A DNA stretch of 64,000 nucleotides from assembly GCA_024860875.1 (NCBI GenBank), contig JACPSZ010000008.1, positions 20,106 through 84,105 on the forward strand, read 5' to 3'. The notes under the pieces were generated by a model. That model searched no databases. It was given only the letters and a program-made list of their open reading frames with translations, and was not told the origin of the DNA. This document shows, piece by piece, positions 36,047 through 45,150 of this stretch. This DNA is from Nitrososphaerota archaeon. GTDB taxonomy: Archaea > Thermoproteota > Nitrososphaeria > Nitrososphaerales > UBA57. A program made the translations under genes and the position numbers. Each line of letters begins with the position of its first letter. Within the stretch, counting starts at the first letter, position 1.

Positions 36047-36442
36047 TTGCAGAAGTATCCTGGCCCAAAGGATCAACATAGGGTTATCGAAAGAAAATAT
36101 TTCCTCAGAATTGTTGTTGGGCTAGCCATAATCAAAACAGGTTTGGTCGCCTCCATTTTCGGCATTGCGTTAGGTCAAGCTACGATATTGACACCTCCGA
36201 TAGGAGCGGGAGAGGAAGCTGTTGAGGTACAGAGCATAGGCCAGCCAAGTCCAGTTTTTGGAATCGTGTTCGTAGTTGCTGGAATCGCCCTCAACCTTTA
36301 TGCCATTAACAAATATAGAAGCGACTATGAGGAAATAAGGGAAAAGGAGCCGAGGCCTGAAGGCGTCCTTGTTGCTATAGGCCTAATCTCGACTCTTATC
36401 GTTGCGGGTTTCGTGAGCTATGTTATCATTGCTTTTTCCTAA
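36047..36442 (+). CDS. small membrane protein (131 aa, 3 TM)
   Basis: TTG-start ORF with three hydrophobic helices. Confidence 0.4.
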   Translation: MQKYPGPKDQHRVIERKYFLRIVVGLAIIKTGLVASIFGIALGQATILTPPIGAGEEAVEVQSIGQPSPVFGIVFVVAGIALNLYAINKYRSDYEEIREKEPRPEGVLVAIGLISTLIVAGFVSYVIIAFS

Positions 36443-36727
36443 TCTAATAACTCTTCGGAGTAGGCATCTTTTTGGACTCAAAGCTTAAAGTAACAACATC
36501 TTTGCTGTCCATTATGTAATGGCTCCCTTATGCCAGGGGGATGCGGTGGCGGGGAACATGCCAATGCAGCCCAAGGAACTCTATACCCCGTAAATCTATC
36601 AAAATCCATTTTCGGATACGGCACTTCCCCCAACCACTAGCGTAGGCAGATATTCGATCTCTCGGCATTTGCCTGAGGTTTTGAATGTTCTATTACAAAC
36701 GCAGTTCGACTTCTGAATTCTCAGAGT

Positions 36728-37195
36728 TTAGGGTTCTACCGTTAGCTTCCCTTTTTCTTGTGAGTGCCTGACATTTTCCCTTCCGACCATTTCATCTGGC
36801 CTAGGGTCAAACCATGTGAATTCGCCCACCTTATCAGCTACAAAGTCTGCGACATATTCTTTGTTCGGCTGTATGTCACCCGAGTCAATATTGAACTCTG
36901 TGAGGACAAATCTGTGAATGGTTGGCACAGCAGGGTTTTCCGCATCAGTGTTAACTACCCTAAACCTGACCTTATCACCTAGCTTCACTGTTATTTCGTT
37001 AGGATTCCATGCTCTGCTCGGCCCTGATTCGACTAGGAGAATCTGAAACTCTTTCACGCCCGGCTCTGCTGAAGGTCCTCCCGGACCTTGGGAGAGAAAA
37101 ATGAAACCAGCTGCAGCAGCTGCAACAATAACAACAATTCCGACGATCATCTTTGTTGGACTCTTTTTCCCCGTACCTGCAGTTGCCATGGACAA
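36728..37195 (-). CDS. membrane-anchored cupredoxin-like domain protein without a Cys ligand
   Basis: TM anchor, then NPNEITVKLGDKVRFRVVNTD...IHRF...GEFTWFDP...GKLTV in a cupredoxin-like strand pattern. No cysteine in the mature part. Confidence 0.45.
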   Translation of the reverse strand: MSMATAGTGKKSPTKMIVGIVVIVAAAAAGFIFLSQGPGGPSAEPGVKEFQILLVESGPSRAWNPNEITVKLGDKVRFRVVNTDAENPAVPTIHRFVLTEFNIDSGDIQPNKEYVADFVADKVGEFTWFDPRPDEMVGRENVRHSQEKGKLTVEP

Positions 37196-37325
37196 GCGAA
37201 ATATCTTACGATTACTTTAACTTTTTCTAATGCCGCTAACCTTTTCCCCCATTTCTCCCCAGTTCCTATGTTTTTGCAATCTGTGCGATGAAAGCTTAAG
37301 AACCTATACCCCATCCTTAAAGACG

Positions 37326-38411
37326 ATGGTCAGCGTATCGCTGAAGAATGTCACAAAACGTTTTGGAGACATAGCAGCTGTAGAAGGTGTCAATTTAGAA
37401 GTAAAAGACAAGGAATTTCTGTCGATTCTAGGGCCTTCTGGAGGAGGTAAGACAACTCTTCTTAGGCTTATTGCAGGATTGGAAGTTCCTACCGAGGGTG
37501 AGGTTTACTTTGGCGACAAATTAGTGAACGGAATTCTACCCCGCGATAGGAACGTATCGCTGGTCTTCCAGAACTATGCCCTTTTCCCACACCTTACTGC
37601 ATTCGATAACATAGCATTTCCTCTCACTGTTCGCAAGACTCCAAAGTCAGAGATAGATAAGAGAGTCAAAGAAGTTGCAGAGCTTCTGGGAATAAGACAT
37701 CTTCTCGATAGAAAACCTAAACAGCTTAGTGGGGGAGAGCAGCAAAGAGTCGCATTAGGTAGGGCAATTGTAAGGCAACCAGATGTTTTCTTGATGGATG
37801 AACCCCTCTCGAGCGTTGATGCTAGTATGAGAATTGCCATGAGGACCGAACTTAAGAAATTACAAAAGAATCTTGGAACAACTTTGGTGTATGTCACGCA
37901 TGACCAGACAGAGGCGATGACAATGGCAGATAAAATTGCAGTGATAAGAAATGGCAAGCTTGTACAAATCGATTCCCCTCAGACTATTTACGACTCGCCA
38001 AGGGAGTCTTGGGTGGCATCGTTTATTGGTAATCCTCCAATGAACCTTATCCCTGCGACATGGTTGTCAAATGGACAGCTCGAGGTAAGCGGTGTTCGGC
38101 CTCCAATAACCGTGAAGACTCTATCTAAGAAAGAAGGATTGTCTGCTGGTAAGAAGGTGTATGTAGGCATCAGACCTGAAGATATAGAGGTTAGTGTTGC
38201 GCCGGCAGACGGAGCTGTATGCAAAGGAGAGGTGTATTTGCTCGAGTCACTCGGTGATAGCATGATAGTTGACATAAAGGTAGGCAACTCAATCATTAGA
38301 GCTAGAGAAAAGGTCGACTTCAGAGCTCAGATTGGAGACCAAGTCTTTGTACGGTTCAACGAGAGAAGATTGGCCCTTTTCGACTTAGACACAGGGGCAG
38401 CCATAAGCTAG
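37326..38411 (+). CDS. sugar-type ABC transporter ATP-binding protein (MalK/UgpC-like)
   Basis: GPSGGGKTT, LSGGEQQRVALGRA, FLMDEPLS, plus a C-terminal regulatory (TOBE-like) domain. ATG 37326 chosen over the tracked 37230. Confidence 0.9.
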   Translation: MVSVSLKNVTKRFGDIAAVEGVNLEVKDKEFLSILGPSGGGKTTLLRLIAGLEVPTEGEVYFGDKLVNGILPRDRNVSLVFQNYALFPHLTAFDNIAFPLTVRKTPKSEIDKRVKEVAELLGIRHLLDRKPKQLSGGEQQRVALGRAIVRQPDVFLMDEPLSSVDASMRIAMRTELKKLQKNLGTTLVYVTHDQTEAMTMADKIAVIRNGKLVQIDSPQTIYDSPRESWVASFIGNPPMNLIPATWLSNGQLEVSGVRPPITVKTLSKKEGLSAGKKVYVGIRPEDIEVSVAPADGAVCKGEVYLLESLGDSMIVDIKVGNSIIRAREKVDFRAQIGDQVFVRFNERRLALFDLDTGAAIS

Positions 38412-39265
38412 CGAGCGCTACCCAACGTAAAGCCTCTAGCTACATATTTCTTTATCATAAACGCCAGTGCTAGCGCCGGTATCAAAGCCAGAGTCGCATT
38501 AGCGTTGAGCTCATCAAAGTCCAAAACCTTGAAAGATTCTATAGCTTCCGCAAACCCTGACCACACTCCTCTGCTAACCGGTTTGACCTGAACACCTGAT
38601 AGGAATTGGGCGAATAGGAACTCATTCCACGTAGCAACGAAGGCGAAGACCATAGTTGCCAATATGCCTGGGATGACAAGTGGTAAGGCAACCTTCCGTA
38701 AGATCTGGAATTCTGATGCCCCACTTGCCGATGCAGCTTCATAGACGGATTGTGGGATATCGGCGAAGAACGCTCGCATCATGAATGTAACTATAGGTAT
38801 GTTGATGATCAGATATACGAGCCCCATCCCGATGTATGTATCGAAGAGGCCGATTTGACCATAGACTATGAAAAAGGGAACTATGACGGCTAGTGGTGTA
38901 ATCGTTCTGAGCATAAGTACCGAAAGAGTGAGGGTGCCTCCTCCTTTGAACTTGTGGCGCGCAAGCGCATAAGCCCCGAGTATCCCAACAGCCAAGGCCA
39001 GTCCAATACTGATTGCGGCTATAACGGTGCTATTAAAAACGGCTCTAGGAAAGTTTTCGAAAGTAAAAGCTCGTATGAAAGTAAGGGGGTTGTATCTTAT
39101 TCCTCCCTGAGCTTGGAAGAATCTACCCACATAACTCGACCCTCTTCCAGACATCATAGGGCCCAAGTCTACTCTCATGCCTTCGTTGAACATTGTAAAG
39201 AGAGGCCATATTATCCAGAATGCGGCTACGCATAACAAGGAAAATCGGATTTTGCCGAGTATCAT
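38408..39265 (-). CDS. carbohydrate ABC transporter permease (MalG/UgpE-like)
   Basis: 6 TM. EAA-loop-like ASASGASEFQILRKVALP. Confidence 0.85.
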   Translation of the reverse strand: MILGKIRFSLLCVAAFWIIWPLFTMFNEGMRVDLGPMMSGRGSSYVGRFFQAQGGIRYNPLTFIRAFTFENFPRAVFNSTVIAAISIGLALAVGILGAYALARHKFKGGGTLTLSVLMLRTITPLAVIVPFFIVYGQIGLFDTYIGMGLVYLIINIPIVTFMMRAFFADIPQSVYEAASASGASEFQILRKVALPLVIPGILATMVFAFVATWNEFLFAQFLSGVQVKPVSRGVWSGFAEAIESFKVLDFDELNANATLALIPALALAFMIKKYVARGFTLGSAR

Positions 39266-40164
39266 CTGATACCCTCCCAGCTCTTTGTGAGAGCCTTCAT
39301 CACAACGACTGCCGTAGTGACGCTAAAGACCGTCAGAAGGATTCCAATTGCTGCTATTTGAGAAAGCGGAAAGTCAACACTGGAGAGCAGCTTGAACATC
39401 ACAACACTAAATGTATCCACAGGGGCTCCTAACCTCTCCTGAAACAACCAAAAACTCCAAGTATAAGGAATTTCGTATGCCCTGAAGTTATCGACAGCTC
39501 TAAGGACTATCATCGCCGCAAGTATAGGTGAATGGATTACTGCCGGGAAGGTTATACGTCTAAAGATTTGAAATGATGTTGCACCACTCACATCCGCAGC
39601 CTCAAAATGCTCCTTAGGAATGTTATTGAGAATTGCAAGTATAACAAGCATCATCAAAGGCCCCCAAACGAAAACATCAGAGAGTATCATCATCCCGTAA
39701 TACACTACAGGTAAGGCCGTATTGAGGAATACTCCAGTGTTATCGCTACATATTGGAGATATGCAAAGGCCATAGTATAACAGAGTGTTTAAGTCATCAA
39801 GAACAACATTCGGAGAATAAAGCACACCCATGACTATAGGTGATATCGCTATTGGTGCGAAAAGAATTTTGTCGAATACCTTCTTGCCTCGAACCTCGCC
39901 AAACATCAGGAGTGCCAAATATAGACCGACAAGGAATTCCGTTACGACTGTACCAACCACGAAGATTGTTGTGACTTGGACGGAGTTCCAAAAAAAAGGT
40001 GCTGTCAAGAAGTCCTGGTAGTTCCTGAGTCCAACGAATTCTGGCTCTGGCCTGAGTGCGGAGAAATCTGTTAGGCTTATGTAGAAAGCATGACCCAAAG
40101 GCAGAATCCCTATGCCCACAATCGCGATCACAAGAGGAGCCACGTAAAGATAAGCGGCCTTCAT
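39262..40164 (-). CDS. carbohydrate ABC transporter permease (MalF/UgpA-like)
   Basis: 6 TM. EAADVSGATSFQIFRRITFP loop. Overlaps the downstream permease by 4 nt. Confidence 0.85.
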   Translation of the reverse strand: MKAAYLYVAPLVIAIVGIGILPLGHAFYISLTDFSALRPEPEFVGLRNYQDFLTAPFFWNSVQVTTIFVVGTVVTEFLVGLYLALLMFGEVRGKKVFDKILFAPIAISPIVMGVLYSPNVVLDDLNTLLYYGLCISPICSDNTGVFLNTALPVVYYGMMILSDVFVWGPLMMLVILAILNNIPKEHFEAADVSGATSFQIFRRITFPAVIHSPILAAMIVLRAVDNFRAYEIPYTWSFWLFQERLGAPVDTFSVVMFKLLSSVDFPLSQIAAIGILLTVFSVTTAVVVMKALTKSWEGIR

Positions 40165-40181
40165 TCTGTACCATTTCTCAA

Positions 40182-41084
40182 CTATGTCGTAATAAGGTTT
40201 CCTTCTCTGGGGAGAGATTTGCCACTAGTCGCCACATCATTGTACATAGCAAGCTTTTCAATCTTCTTTCTTAATCTGATTACTGACGATATCTGGTCAT
40301 GAATTATCAGTCTATGCTGCATGAGAAATTCCCGAACCATCCAATCGCCTTCAACGTCTTCTATCACTCTGTCCATCCTTGCTAAGGAAATCTGAAGTGC
40401 TGCCATAGCCCTCCTTAAAGCACGCAATAGTATCTTAGGACCATCGACATCGACAAAGTTTCTTGTGGCAATATTCATTCTGTGAAGTTTTACCATCTCC
40501 CTGACCTCTGCTCTCGTCATACCTTCACCGACAGCCATCAAGCCGAGTCTTCTCCGTTCCACTCTGTTTTCCAGCGAAAGTAGCTCCTCTCCAATACTGG
40601 GGGATATTCGCCGGCGAATGATTTGCTCCAAAACATCGGGAGGAAGGTTGAGAAGGCGAAGGCGTTTGCTCACATACTCTTGGCTCCTACCTATCTTATG
40701 CGCAAGTTCTGTTATGCTTCCCCAGCCATATTTTGAGACATAGTTCCTGTACGCCTTTGCTTCTTCCACCGGCGATAGAGTTCTCCTTTGGATATTTTCG
40801 ACGAGTGAAACTTCGTATGCTTCCTTATCTTCAAGGCTGATTATGTGGCATGGAATCTTCCTCTGGCCTAGACTCTTGAAGGCTGCAAGTCTTCTATTAC
40901 CTGCAACCACCTCAAAACACGCACCTACAGGTCTTACTATTATAGGCTCAAGCAAGCCATGTTCTCCTACGGAGCGTGCCAAATCTGCAATATCATCAAC
41001 TTCCCTGAGCTGGATTGATGACGGTTTGATTCTTGACGTTGCGATGTCTTCGACAAAGCCTATCATGCTCGTCTGTATTGACAT
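40182..41084 (-). CDS. ParB/Sulfiredoxin-domain protein with HTH
   Basis: GLLEPIIVRPVGACFEVVAGNRRLAA, VENIQRRTLSPVEEA, ELAHKIGRSQEYVSKRLRLL. Confidence 0.8.
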   Translation of the reverse strand: MSIQTSMIGFVEDIATSRIKPSSIQLREVDDIADLARSVGEHGLLEPIIVRPVGACFEVVAGNRRLAAFKSLGQRKIPCHIISLEDKEAYEVSLVENIQRRTLSPVEEAKAYRNYVSKYGWGSITELAHKIGRSQEYVSKRLRLLNLPPDVLEQIIRRRISPSIGEELLSLENRVERRRLGLMAVGEGMTRAEVREMVKLHRMNIATRNFVDVDGPKILLRALRRAMAALQISLARMDRVIEDVEGDWMVREFLMQHRLIIHDQISSVIRLRKKIEKLAMYNDVATSGKSLPREGNLITT

Positions 41085-41195
41085 AAGTGGACGTTGCTCA
41101 GCCTAACGGTGTAATGTATGTTATGAGTGCAAATGCATTCAACAAGATTGCGGATACCGCGACACTTATTAGCTCGCTGCATAATTCCATGCGTT

Positions 41196-41813
41196 ATGTC
41201 CCTTTCTACTACGTTTGGCAAGCGTAGAACGGTTAACATGAATGAGGAAATAGCAGAAGAACTGAACAGGCTCGCAAATTCCCAAGGAAAGACCCTCTAC
41301 AGTCTGATTAATGAAATTGGACTCGCAGCCCTTGAGAGCAACAAACATGGATTCTCCCTTAATGAAGCGGTCCAGGGAAAGGCGATAGTTGACAGAGCAA
41401 AGAGATCCAGGATGGTGCTTGTCAATCAAGATCTATGGTATTCAGGAAGCTCCAGAGCATACAAGACGTTCAAGAATGAATGGCTCAGGCAAGTCTATGA
41501 TAATGCGAAGTGGTATGCGCATGTATTCCTGAGCAATGGTTCTCACGAGGAGTTTATCGCTACAATTGAGAAGATGCTTGCAAGCTTTACTTGGGACTGC
41601 ACCGAACATACGATAGAGCGGAGAGGAAGTGATGGTATTTTCGTTAGGCTAGTATTTGTCCCGGAAATGCCGCTGGAGCATACGAAAAGTCTTTTTAAAA
41701 CATTTGAGGGTATGTTTAATGTATTCGGCTACGTGGTAATTGATCATGCTATAAAGCCCGGGTTCCTGACGATGCTCTTCAAGAAACTTGCAGCGAGTAT
41801 AGAAACGGTTTAA
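41196..41813 (+). CDS. ribbon-helix-helix (CopG-like) N-terminal domain protein with unknown C-terminal domain
   Basis: KRRTVNMNEEIAEELNRLANSQGKTLYSLINE has an RHH pattern. ATG 41196 chosen within the tracked ORF 41127-41813. Confidence 0.5.
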   Translation: MSLSTTFGKRRTVNMNEEIAEELNRLANSQGKTLYSLINEIGLAALESNKHGFSLNEAVQGKAIVDRAKRSRMVLVNQDLWYSGSSRAYKTFKNEWLRQVYDNAKWYAHVFLSNGSHEEFIATIEKMLASFTWDCTEHTIERRGSDGIFVRLVFVPEMPLEHTKSLFKTFEGMFNVFGYVVIDHAIKPGFLTMLFKKLAASIETV

Positions 41814-42202
41814 TCAGAAGCTTTGCTACTCTCGGTAGTCCAGATTTCCTCAACTTTAGAGCCTTTGCTCAATGTAGAGCCTTTCCTGTAAATTTCGTAC
41901 ATGTTTCGAAGACCCAAGAAAGTAAAAAGTGCGGCCAATAGGGCGGGAGGATCATCCAAGGTTGTTGCTAACTCGTTCCCTACGATCTCTGCAAAAAAGT
42001 TTTCTGCCAAAAGGTCGAAGATCCTATTAAGGGCCAGAAATCCCATTCCTACCATGATGTAGTATGGGGCTCTGCCTCCCTTTAGCGCAACGAACTCCAT
42101 CTCGCGAGAGAGGCGGACAAGTTTCACGCCATAGTACATAGAGATAATCACTATGACTATTGACGCTCCGTCTGAAATGTTATCTGGCATTATGACAGGC
42201 AA
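41810..42202 (-). CDS. small membrane protein (130 aa)
   Basis: Three hydrophobic helices and an ATG start. Confidence 0.45.
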   Translation of the reverse strand: MPVIMPDNISDGASIVIVIISMYYGVKLVRLSREMEFVALKGGRAPYYIMVGMGFLALNRIFDLLAENFFAEIVGNELATTLDDPPALLAALFTFLGLRNMYEIYRKGSTLSKGSKVEEIWTTESSKASD

Positions 42203-42380
42203 GACATTCTATTTCCCGTGTCGTGTTGATAAGAGTTCTTGAGGGTTTTGAGCGCATATGGATGCACAAGTTCTATACAAACGTCTTCATTCAGGTCTAA
42301 CGCATTATCGAGTACTAGCACTTGTCAAATCTATCGGCATGCTTTATGCTAGCTAGTACAGTTATGTTGCGTATGTCTTA

Positions 42381-43223
42381 CTAGGTTTTGCGCATCCGCA
42401 TAACGCCAAATATTGCTGCAACGATTACTATAACCGCTACGACTCCGACTATGAAAGTCATGTCCATTGAGGGTTGTTGTGACTGAATCTGCTGGGGCTG
42501 GACCTCTTGAACAGGTTTTGCTTCAAGCTGTGGAGCTGGACCAGGGGCAGGTGCTGGCTGCTGTGGTTGTGGTGCAGGAACAGGAGGTAACGGAGCCGGT
42601 TGCTGAGGCTGTGGAGGGGGAGCGGGTATTGGCTGAGGTGCTGGTTCTGGGGCGGGCGCCGGAGCCGGGACTGGTGCTGGTGCAGGTGGTTGTTGCGGCT
42701 GTGGCGGAGGCGGAAGCGGAGCAGGCTGTGCAGGAGCTGGTGCTGGAGCCGGTGCAGGGGCAGGAGCTGGCGGAGCATTCTGTGTACTAAACTCTAGGGC
42801 GTTCCTTATCGGATTTATGGCTACGCCGTTGACTTTGGTTACTTGAACTATGGCAGCCCACTTTGCTCCTTCAAAACACGTGTGTGCAGGTATCTTTACT
42901 TGCTCCGTATGCGTCCCTGTAGGCGCGGTAACGGTCTTCGAAAATAAGTCTACATTGTAAAGCGGATCTTGGTCTTCAATTCTGATCAAGAACTCGACAT
43001 TCTGGATAGGGTTACCATTTGCATCCTTTGCAGTCACTTTCAGCGAAGTGTCCTTATCGATTATTGGAGTGCTGGGGTCCAAGGAGATTTCTATTGTTAC
43101 CTGTTGCTGAGCCAGACTGAAACTTATCATTGGCCCTGTGAATGAAACTAGGAATATGAGTGACATGATTGTGAGAGGCAGCATCACGATGTCCTTTGAT
43201 GAACCTGTGTTTGGCTTGGTCAA
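42381..43223 (-). CDS. surface-anchored protein: signal/TM, Ig-like domain, about 80-aa Pro/Ala/Gln linker, C-terminal TM
   Basis: FSLAQQQ signal end, beta-rich 100 aa, PAPAPAPAPAPAPAQPAPLPPPPQPQQ..., IVGVVAVIVIVAAIFGVMRMRKT. Confidence 0.65.
   Translation of the reverse strand: MTKPNTGSSKDIVMLPLTIMSLIFLVSFTGPMISFSLAQQQVTIEISLDPSTPIIDKDTSLKVTAKDANGNPIQNVEFLIRIEDQDPLYNVDLFSKTVTAPTGTHTEQVKIPAHTCFEGAKWAAIVQVTKVNGVAINPIRNALEFSTQNAPPAPAPAPAPAPAPAQPAPLPPPPQPQQPPAPAPVPAPAPAPEPAPQPIPAPPPQPQQPAPLPPVPAPQPQQPAPAPGPAPQLEAKPVQEVQPQQIQSQQPSMDMTFIVGVVAVIVIVAAIFGVMRMRKT
42528..42776 (-). repeat. low-complexity Pro/Ala/Gln-coding repeat region
   Basis: Degenerate GCN-CCN periodicity. It generates long spurious ORFs in other frames on both strands. 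Confidence 0.7.
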
Positions 43224-43336
43224 ATTGGGTTGAGGTGAGCTATTGCGCCAATATAAGTTGAATGTTGTTCATTTTGGACAAACAATTTTATCGTAAAAGG
43301 TGAAGGCACGGGAAAGCCCATCCCTTGCATGGTTAA

Positions 43337-44179
43337 CTACCTAGCGTCTTGCTTCCTGAATATTAATGCAGATATGCCCAGAGGAATGATTATCCAGAGA
43401 CTCAATACTGACGTAAGTACCGTTATAGTAAGCTCTTGTCCCCATGTCCTGTTCATGTATGTTGCTACGGGCCCGAGCTCTCCGCCAAGAGGGCTCTTTG
43501 CCAAGTGCATTAACGATAGAGTTCTCGTCACTTCAACGGGATTCGCCAGCGTCATAGGAACGAGATACTGGTTAAGGTTCAGAACTACGGCAATGACGCC
43601 CAAGAAACCAATATCATATATTATGACCAAGAGGAACCAGATGAATATGCCTGTACCCTGCGCATTGACCCTCCCTTTCGACAGCACTGAAACTACAAAT
43701 CCTATTGATATTGCAGCAGCAGACAGCATCATTGAATATAACAGACCGTAGAGGAACTGTAATGCGAATACGGGGTTGCTTGAATATACGAGAAGCTCAG
43801 CAGTACCATAACCGAGTAACATGGCAAGGGTTATCGAAACTTCCAGCCCGAGGTATTTGCCCAGAAAGACTTCCATTTTGCTTGCAGGCTGAGCAAGGAG
43901 GAATTCTAGCGTCCCTGTTTCCCTTTCTCCTGAAACGCTAGTCGAGGACATTGCCAACGCTATCAGAGGTACGAGCGGGACGGAAAGAGAAACTAACGTA
44001 GAGACTACCATACCTGGATAATCTTCGGGCAGAACTCCACCACCTCTTAAGATGATGTATGGAACACCTAGTGCGAGGAAGAAGAATGTGACTGCGAATG
44101 ATATCAGCCATCTGCTCTTTAGGGAGTCACGGAACTCCTTTTTCATTATTACAAGGAATGGGCTAGGCATTGGTCTCAC
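43337..44179 (-). CDS. ABC-2 type transporter permease (NosY-like)
   Basis: 280 aa, 6 TM, MKKEFRDSLKSRW N-terminus typical of ABC-2 permeases. Overlaps the ATPase gene. Confidence 0.75.
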   Translation of the reverse strand: MRPMPSPFLVIMKKEFRDSLKSRWLISFAVTFFFLALGVPYIILRGGGVLPEDYPGMVVSTLVSLSVPLVPLIALAMSSTSVSGERETGTLEFLLAQPASKMEVFLGKYLGLEVSITLAMLLGYGTAELLVYSSNPVFALQFLYGLLYSMMLSAAAISIGFVVSVLSKGRVNAQGTGIFIWFLLVIIYDIGFLGVIAVVLNLNQYLVPMTLANPVEVTRTLSLMHLAKSPLGGELGPVATYMNRTWGQELTITVLTSVLSLWIIIPLGISALIFRKQDAR

Positions 44180-45104
44180 CTGTTAGCCTGAGGAAGGCAG
44201 TTTCCAGATTGGGGTCTTCCACCTTAAAGTCTTTTATCTTGTAGCCTGCATCTCTTAACGAATTCAGAATTGCGAGCTTCTTCTCGGGGTCACAAGTAGC
44301 CACGATCCAGCCGTTTTCTTCCGTGATGTCCCTTCCGCCAGAGTTGACGATGATGTCCCTTGCCTTCTGCGATGCGAATTCTTCCAAGTTTATGTACAAA
44401 TGAGCGTTAAGATCGAGCTGCTTCATCAACTGCTCCACCGAACCCGTAGCGATCAGCTTGCCTTTGTTGAGCACCAAGATGTTTCTCGTTAGTTCCGTAA
44501 CATCACCTAAGATGTGAGTCGTGAATACGACGGTCTTTCCCTGTCCTATTAGCGTGTTAAGAAGGCTTCTGAACTCGAGCTGCCTTCTGATGTCAAGGTT
44601 TGCTGTTGGTTCGTCGAGCAAAAGCAATGGAGGATCGGCAAGCAATGCTGTTGCCAGCATGAGCCTCTGTTTCATACCCATCGATAATGCAGTAACCTTG
44701 GCTCTTCCCCACAAATCAAGACCGACAAATTCCAATAGTTCGCGTATCTTTCCATAAGGAGTGCCTCTTACGTCTGCGTAGAACCTCAAAGTTTCATTGA
44801 CACTTATTCCCTCGTATAGTGAAGGGTTTTGGGGAACATAGCCCACAAACCTTCGTGCTTCTTTTCCATGATCCTGGACGGAGATTCCGTTTACCGAAAT
44901 ATCCCCCCTGAAACCTATCAGACCAAGAATGCACTTTAGGAAAGTTGTTTTACCAGCGCCATTAGGGCCAAGAAGTGCTACGACTCCGCCCGTTTCGATG
45001 TCAATGGTGAGACCGTCGACTGCCCTGAACGAACCGTATTGTTTTATAACATTTTTTGCCTCAATGGCTACTGATGACAACTCAGGGCCTCTATTCGGAG
45101 GCAA
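44163..45104 (-). CDS. ABC-2 type transporter ATP-binding protein
   Basis: GPNGAGKTT, LSMGMKQRL, LLLDEPTANLD. TTG start. Confidence 0.85.
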   Translation of the reverse strand: MPPNRGPELSSVAIEAKNVIKQYGSFRAVDGLTIDIETGGVVALLGPNGAGKTTFLKCILGLIGFRGDISVNGISVQDHGKEARRFVGYVPQNPSLYEGISVNETLRFYADVRGTPYGKIRELLEFVGLDLWGRAKVTALSMGMKQRLMLATALLADPPLLLLDEPTANLDIRRQLEFRSLLNTLIGQGKTVVFTTHILGDVTELTRNILVLNKGKLIATGSVEQLMKQLDLNAHLYINLEEFASQKARDIIVNSGGRDITEENGWIVATCDPEKKLAILNSLRDAGYKIKDFKVEDPNLETAFLRLTGETNA

Positions 45105-45150
45105 GCCTATAGGGCGGTATATTAAGCATTTCGGGAATGGCGCAAAAACT

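Noticed and set aside
37230-37325. N-terminal 32-codon extension of the sugar ABC ATPase in the ORF track.
   Set aside because: The family begins at MVSVSLKNVTKRFG (ATG 37326). The extension is Cys/Phe/Leu-rich and overlaps the promoter region shared with 36728-37195.
42458-42797. Three long ORFs in alternative frames over the Pro/Ala/Gln repeat.
   Set aside because: They are created by the repetitive GC-rich codon pattern of the 42381-43223 gene. Their products are Leu/His/Arg or Glu/Val low-complexity strings.
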